DNA from: Phaeosaccion multiseriatum
Taxonomy: Eukaryota; Protista; Ochrophyta, other classes
DNA: 64,000 nucleotides
Direction: 5' to 3'
Assembly: GCA_965112735.1 (NCBI GenBank)
Contig: OZ218955.1
Location: 744,001 to 808,000, forward strand
Of this stretch, positions 55,169-64,000 are shown piece after piece. Made by a program: the position numbers and the translations under genes. Numbering within the stretch: position 1 is the first letter of the stretch; the number at the start of each line of letters is the position of its first letter. Under the pieces are notes generated by a model. The model was not told where the DNA came from. It saw only the letters and a program-made list of their open reading frames with translations, and made no database searches.

Positions 55169-55532
55169 CTGTGACGTACACCAGCTCTCCGTAGCCGACC
55201 TCGGCCAACTTTGCCCCCGAAGTATCCGGGGAGGCCCGAATGGCAAGCCTCGCCCCCACTGTCTGGACGTAGGGATCCACCTCATAGAAGGAGGGGAACT
55301 CTGCGGGGACGAGACAAGACGCGTCCGCCCACCCTGTTGCTCCTCCTCCTGAGATGGTGAGGAAGACCCAGCCCTCGGCCTTGGCAGAGGCGCTTGCAGT
55401 TTGACCAGGAAGAAGCTGCTGACCTGTGGACTGCGGCGGCCCTCCCTCAGCCCCAGGGTAGCTCGTCTGGAGGATGACTCCCCCACCACCCATACAGGGG
55501 GCGGGAGTCACCCCCAAGGCTTGGAGCACCAT
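46479..55532 (-). CDS. Giant protein: about 13 bacterial-type SH3 (SH3_3/SH3b-like) repeats + EQPVGG linker repeats + XMAP215-type TOG domain + coiled-coil/disordered tail
   Basis: Exons about 55532-55169, 54925-54471, 54260-47492 (6.8 kb), 47198-46479. Repeats such as VKIREEPDFTGVEIRVVSPGDVLKVLQNNGEYVQVSQGGLEDGW and LKARDEADAFAMELAVVSKGDWVRVLETKDKWLRVAYGGREDGWV. TOG at about 48360-49095 (LEARVKSRSWKVRLAAYEEV...KDVN...). Start codon is uncertain. Confidence 0.82.
49284..53960 (-). repeat. Coding tandem repeats within the giant exon
   Basis: Type-A SH3 unit at about 423-bp period (4 copies, about 52500-53960). Type-C unit at about 546-650-bp period (5 copies, about 49280-51810). Domain cores are near-identical at nucleotide level. 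Confidence 0.92.
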
Positions 55533-56479
55533 GTGAGAAGTAAGAAGCCTATTCAACCTATTCAAAGAGCTTTTCTCTGGGACCAGCCTGATCCAAAGAG
55601 GGGACGGAACGCAGAAGAGAGGGGGGAGAGAAGTCATGAGAGGGAAGCAGAGAGCGCGAGGAGAGCGTGGGGAGAGGAGAGGAGGGCCGGGAGGGAAAAA
55701 AAGACACAAATGCCAACGACAAAAAAATTAGGTGGACAATAAGGAGAGTGCACAAGAAGGGTCAGCCTTCAAAACTACTGTACACTCTGGGCGTAGAGTA
55801 TAGCACCTGGAGGAGGAAGCACAGCGGCACAGGGGGAATGATGTGTGCGGCAAAAGGACAAAGCCCCCCAACTGGAAAAGTCGAAATCAACAGCCTCGAT
55901 TTTTAAATCCGACTCGATTTTTAAATCCGACGCGAGCGGGTAGGGTCTGAACCCCACCCAACCCAGGCGGCTCAGGGGAAGGCAGCAGCGTCGGGCGTGT
56001 ACCACCTGTACTACGCGTTGAATCCCTTGGTTCGACTTCTCTCTCTCGACTCTCTCTCTACAATCGACTCGACAGAACGATGGTATCCTCAGCCTAAGCC
56101 CACAACTTCCCCGCGGCCGCTGACGTCACAAGTTGTCAACTTGACCTGCCAGCCAACTGTGACACTCCACCGACACGCCGCTGACACGCGCAAGCCACTC
56201 CCCGTGCCTGGCTGGGCGGCCGTGATGGGTGATGGAGCGCGAGAATAGCTAGGGTCGGCTCTTGGATCGACGCTTCGTTGCCCCCCCCCCCCTGTTCTCC
56301 ACTATCGCCTCCTCCCGGACTCCTGCGGAGTCGTCTCTTCCCGAAGCCCTGCCTGCCAAGGGTACAATCCCCCGCACGACGAAACGAAGCGTATAGTAGC
56401 GGGCAGACTCCGAGCCGAGACTCTGAAGAGGCCGTAGCTCCACCTCCATCCACCGCAACGGCTGGCTGAGGCCTCCCGA

Positions 56480-56575
56480 CTCACCGCCTCATCATGTCAC
56501 GGCCTCACCGCCTCACCATCTCACCGCCTCACTGCCTCACAGCCTCACTGCCTCACAGCCTCACCACCTCACCGC
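56480..56575. repeat. 8-bp CCTCAC(C/T/A)G tandem repeat
   Basis: Direct reading. Confidence 0.85.
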
Positions 56576-56903
56576 TGCCCGTCCGAGCTCCGAGCTGCGA
56601 GCTTTCGAGCTCAACAGTTGGATTCTACTTGACGCGACTCGAGGAAGGGAGGACAAGAGGATAAGAGTACAAGAGGAGCACTGCACGGCAGGCCCAGAGG
56701 AGTGCAGACGGCCGCTGACAGCCGCCACAGCAACGGACTTGGACCGCTCCAGCGGAGGTCTGAGAATCTGAAACTGCACGGACCCCGGCCGGCCCCTGCT
56801 CTCCGCCTCTGCTCCCCGCACGCATACAGGCAGACAGGCAGGCAGGCAGGCAGGCACACACGCACGCACGCACGCATGCACGCACACACACTCGCAGGTC
56901 ACC

Positions 56904-58563
56904 TTACGAGGCCTCCACCTCCACCTCTGCCCTCTTCTTGTCTTTTCCCTTCCACGTCCACATGCCTCTGCTCTCCTCCCACGACGGAGTGGTGCCGTCT
57001 GCTGCCGTCGCTGCGGCCGCCCCCGCGGGGCCTCCCCCGGTGGGTAGGGGCTGTGTGAGAGCAAGTACGTCCATCATGTCTCCGACATATGCCAAGGCAC
57101 GCCGCTTCTCCTCGAAGGTCACGGCGGGGGCGCGATAGGCCAACGAGTAGTCGCCGTAGACGCCTGAGGGAGTTGGTGATACAGAGGAAGGGGAGGGGGG
57201 GGGAGGGAAGGAGGGGGGAGGGGGTGGTGGGCCGCAAAGTCAAGAGAGCGCTCCAATAATTAAGACAAGCAAGTGACGTCTCTACGTGCCTACAAACTCC
57301 TACGTACCCTCTGTGCCGTTCGCTCCCCCGTGGTAGGCAGGCTCTCCCCCTCCTCCCCCTCCTCCTCCTCCTCCTCCTCCTCCTCCTCCTCCTCCTCCTC
57401 GCCCCTTGTTCCTATTGCGGGCTCCATCCCCTCTCCAAAAGGTGGAGCCTACGATATGTCCCCCGTCCTTGTGGAAGTCAGGAGAGTACTCCACGTGATG
57501 GTAGAGCTTGTCCCCCGGGGTGGCCACGGGGATGTTGTTGCGCTTTAAGCGGTTGGTTTGCACCTGACCGTGTGTGAGTGTGTGAGTGTGTATGTGTGTG
57601 TGTATGTATGTGTGTGTGTTTCATGCGTGTTTCAACTTGTGTGAGTAGAGAACGGAGGACCGGCACCACCCCGAGTCGGAGGCAAGGCACAGAACCATTC
57701 GATATCGATCTTATGGTCCTCGAAACAGGAGAAACAAGAACAACTGGAACTGGAACTGAACCTGCCCCTTCCCCCTTGTGTGAGCAGGTAGGTACTCACT
57801 CACCTTCTTCTTCTGCCCAAAGGCCTGTTCCAGTGTGGCCTCCGGCGACTGATTGTAGCGCACGAGCTCCCCTGACTTCGGGTTGACAGGGTTGAACTTG
57901 CGGTCAATCTGGTGGATAGAGGCGGTGGGCGAGGGTGCAGGGGGGGTAAGGTAGTCAGTCCACATAGTCCACATAGTCCACACAATCCACACTGTCCGCA
58001 GCCTTCCTCTCCCGTCCACTGCCATCTGCCCCCGGCCCACTCACACACAGGCCCTTCTCTGGGATATCGTATCCACTCCTGTTGCTGAACTCCGGCACCG
58101 GTCGGAGCCCCTCCGGTCTATCCTTCGGGACGGGCTTGGCCCCTACCCGCCGAAGGCCCTGTACACGCGGGTAGGCATCTCCCTTCGTGTGGGGACCAAG
58201 GATGCGCCGGCAGGGGCGGAACTGCCATTCATCGGAAGGCTGCTGCTGTGGGTATTTCAAGCGGCCTTTATCACCGGGTGCGAGGAAGGGTTCCCGTTCC
58301 CTGGTGATGCCACCAGCAGTGAGTGAGTGGGTGGATGGAGTGGAGTGGAGTGAGTTGAGGGAGGGAGTGAGGGAGTGCTTGAGCTGAATGAAGGAGAGAG
58401 GGAGTGAGGGAATGAGTGAGTGCGGTAGTGAGTGAGTTTCCTTAGAGTTGAGGGAACTAGTGGGCGAGCGGGAAGGCGCAAGTCGGGATGGAGAGGAGAA
58501 ATACCACAGGGAGAGGAGGGGCAAAGGGCCAAGGGGCTTTCGATTCCAGAGATTCGATTGCAT
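56904..58563 (-). CDS. SPATS1/SASRP1-like (cilia/centrosome-associated) protein
   Basis: Five exons starting MQSNLWNRKPLGPLPLLSLW-EREPFL. RNNIPVATPGDKLYHHVEYSPDFHKDG resembles the conserved RNGIP..PGD..Y..PE.S..FHK block of SPATS1 (recalled, not searched), followed by TFEEKRR. Confidence 0.65.
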
Positions 58564-59194
58564 GCTTGTTATGGAGTCCAATCATGAATGCTCCTTTTTT
58601 CCCTGGGATAGCACTGGTCGCTGGTTCTCGACTCGCCTCGCTCGAAGGTGAGCTTGCGATTTATGTATTTCTTTTGCTTACCCTGAATAGGTCTCATTCT
58701 GCGATGGGAAACCCCGACCATCCAGGCTGTTCACATCGTGCGACCCCTGCACAAGATCTGATACGAGGAAATTCAGGGAGAGGGGGGGGAGAAGGAGGGG
58801 GTGAGTCAATCCTCCTCCACTACATTTTTGTACTAGAGAAGGAGTGGAGTAGGGCGGACAAAGTGGCGACATCTTCTCCCTTGGGGTTAGCGGCGATGCT
58901 TGAGTCGAAGAGCGACAGCCATCGGGAAATAAATATAGCAAGGGGTCACTTCTTGCAGCTTCATCACAAAGACGAGACGTCTTCCCCAGCCTTTTTCGGC
59001 CAATTTCGGCCTCCTACTCGACCCTCGTGACACTTACGTCTCCTTCCCATCTTCTTGGACCTCAATGGCTCAGTCATGATAGCCCGGTTCGCCTTTATAA
59101 AGCAAAGCTGGTGCCTGGCCTTTTGAACGTTACAGAAATTCTTTTTTGTTGGCTTTTTTTCAAAGCTCCAGCTGTACTAAGAGGAGCTGCTGCC

Positions 59195-61409
<2,215 letters not shown>

Positions 61410-61869
61410 GATGGGGTCATGGTTGGGGGTTTTGGTTGGCGTTGACCTACTACATCCAGGTCGCAGAACGGGTTGGGCGCTAAGGTCCGATTGAACGTCG
61501 CCTCATCGCCTCAGGCTTTTTCCGCAGCGGCGGACTTCTTCGCATCACAGACTGCTCTGCCTGGACTTCCTGATGGGCGCAATCGATCCCACCTTGGGCA
61601 AGCAGAGGGGGGTACCGCACCGCACCGCCACAGGAGAGAAGGGCGTCATACAGCGTACAAGATGACGGAACGGATGCACTTGGACGTACTGCCTTGTCGC
61701 TTCTGCGTCGCAGCGCAAAGGGTTCTCCACATTGTGGGGTTGCCGAGTTGTCATGCACACAAAGGCCCTCCGTCTCGGTCCTCGCCAGCAGCATTGAGCC
61801 GCCATGACCACAAATGTGAGTGCGTACATGAGATTGTTCGTGCGTGCGTTTGTGCGTGTGTGTTGTGTG

Positions 61870-61909
<40 letters not shown>

Positions 61910-62435
61910 GCGTTTGTGCGTGCGTGAGATTTCCCCCCCTCCCCCCCCGGCGTCCGCCCTTAGCCTCCCTCCTTCCCTCTGTCGTCCTTGCGTCCCATTA
62001 CCGCGAACACCCCCCCCCCACCACAACCTTTCAGGTCTGGCTTGGCCGTTTCAGTCCCATCCGACGGCGGGATCGCATGTGACGACGTGACGGTTTCCGC
62101 GTGCAGTTTGAGAACGCGATGAATTTAGGCTTGCACCACCTAAAAATGTTCTCTGCGGAGTACCCAGTGCAGCACATGTCTACAGTGAGGCTAAGAAGAG
62201 ACACTCCGTAGTCGTCGTGCGGGCCCTGATGTGTGTGTGTTATACCACAGAGCCACAGTTCGCTGCCACCGTAATTGATATATTCAACTCAAATTTCAAA
62301 TAACACCTCCAGTACGGCATATGATCAAAAGGCCGGGGGGGAAGGGCTTCGCTTTGCGTCGAAGAAGGGCCTGCTCTGTTACCCCCTGGTACTCTCCAGA
62401 GGGAGAGCGGGGAGGAAGACGAGAGTATTAAGAGC

Positions 62436-63976
62436 ATGGAGCCGACGATATCCCTCGAGGTAAATTCTCTTTTCTGTAAGACACCGTGGTGTATCTCATG
62501 GTCGCAGAAAGACGTGATTCCTGGGCGAGTTATCTTGCGATGCCTCTTCCTCTTTCCTCTGGGAGCATGATACTAACCTTCGACTGCCGAAGCGAATCAC
62601 TTCCCTCTTTTACCCTTCTCATAGTTTCTCTGTCACTCGTTCCTCACCCTTCCACCTTACCCCAGGCGCAGCGACTCCACGAGGCCTTCGTGAAAAACAA
62701 AGACTTCTCAACAGTGAGCGCGCTGGTCAGGAAGCTCATCGCCAAACGAGGCAAGGCAAGCTTGGATCATCCTATTGAGAAAGAAGGCTGTACCCCTATT
62801 ATCTGGGCTGCGGCCTATGGTCGGCTAGATGTCGTGAACCTTATACTGCATGAAGGAGCCTCTTTCAGCACCAGAGGACCGTACGGGGGCACGCCATTGG
62901 CATTGGCGAGCGGCAAGGGACACGATCAGATGGTGAGGCGGCTGTTGGACTTCGGAGCCGCCGTTGACCAACCCACTGTCGATGGGACGACACCTCTGTG
63001 TCTGGCCGCCGAGAGAGGGTATTCGACAAGTGTGCGGCACCTCCTCTCGGCGAATGCCGATGTCGATGCAGCCGGGAGCACGGGGTTCACTCCGATATGG
63101 GTCGCTTCTCAGAATGGGCACAACTCCGTTGTAGCGCAGCTCATTTCAGCCCGAGCGGATGTGAACAAGGCAGACCCTCTCGGAAGGACTCCGCTCATGC
63201 AGGCGTCGAAGAATGGACACGGGAGAGTGGTACAGCAGCTTATCACGGCCCACGCCAAGATCGAAAAGGCTCACATCGATGGCTTCACCCCGCTTTATTG
63301 TGCTTCGCAAGAGGGGCATTGTTCTGTCGTGCAGCAGCTTCTCGATCAACATGCCCGTGTGAATGTCAGGGACAATACCGGTGGCACTCCCCTCATGATT
63401 GCGGTTGCCAGAAGACGATTGGCCGTTGTGAAGTTGCTCCTGTCAGCAAAGGCGGATGTAGACCTGTCTGGCCCTGATGGTTGGACTCCTCTTCACCTCG
63501 CAGCTCAAGACGGGTATGATGCCATTGTGAAGCTCTTGATCTCGGCGGGAGCAAACATGGAGAGAAGGGGCAACAGGGGCGATTCACCCCTCCACCTAGC
63601 GGCGCAGAATGGGCACGAGGCAGTCGTCGCTCGTCTCATCTCTGCGGGATCTTCCATCGATACCAAGAGATGCGACGGTTTCACGCCTCTGCTTATCGCC
63701 ATTTATGTCAACCAGCATGGCACTGCGCGGCAGCTCCTCTCGGCCGATGCCTCAGTGGACATGGCCTTAGCAGAGGGAGGGCGGAATCAGTTGGGCTTCG
63801 AGATCGAGCAGCGACTCAGAGACGCAGCAGCAGCCTTCTTCCGATCTCAAAGCGCACTGGACCTGATGCGAAGGACTGATCCGACCTTCGGCAAGGAGAG
63901 GGGGATGCCGCCGCTGAAGAGGCCTTGGAGTGTCGGGAGCGAGGCGTGGGAGAGCATGGCGGAGGAGATGAGCTGA
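62436..63976 (+). CDS. Ankyrin-repeat protein (10 repeats)
   Basis: Exon 1 MEPTISLE (62436-62459, GTAAAT donor); exon 2 62666-63976 with ten G.TP/SP-L..AA repeats at 33-aa period. Confidence 0.9.
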
Positions 63977-64000
63977 AGCCGAGGGCTTTCTTTGGGCGAG

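Noticed and set aside
55896-55932. 18-bp direct duplication CTCGATTTTTAAATCCGA (similar short duplications at 29240-29300, 31655-31710, 39983-40014, 40793-40820)
   Set aside because: Adjacent local duplications with no intervening element, so they cannot be called target-site duplications.

Overview
This is eukaryotic, GC-rich, intron-dense genomic DNA with microsatellite-filled introns. Two genes carry signal peptide plus ASAFAP-like presequences, which suggests a plastid-bearing stramenopile, and cilium-type genes suggest it is flagellated (both inferences). Fourteen coding loci can be read by joining exons by eye: a Ca2+-binding mitochondrial carrier (5' truncated), three intronless paralogous disordered proteins, a plastid-targeted 2OG-Fe(II) oxygenase, a plastid RsmD-like methyltransferase, a calcineurin-B-like EF-hand protein, a kinesin, a CAMK-group kinase, two ankyrin proteins, glutamine synthetase II, a giant SH3-repeat/TOG protein, an SPATS1-like protein and a TPR protein. 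Four observations stand out. (1) The DNA word (C)AGTTGGTGATACAG recurs at least 17 times in exons (four reading frames), introns and intergenic DNA. (2) A roughly 2,900-aa protein fuses about 13 bacterial-type SH3 domains and EQPVGG/EDRPIGG repeats to an XMAP215-type TOG domain. (3) A three-member intronless family carries SIAMESE/SMR-like CDK-inhibitor motifs. (4) Several motif families sit in opposite orientations at the two ends of introns. Exon boundaries were read manually and are approximate unless the junction is quoted; no database searches were run.
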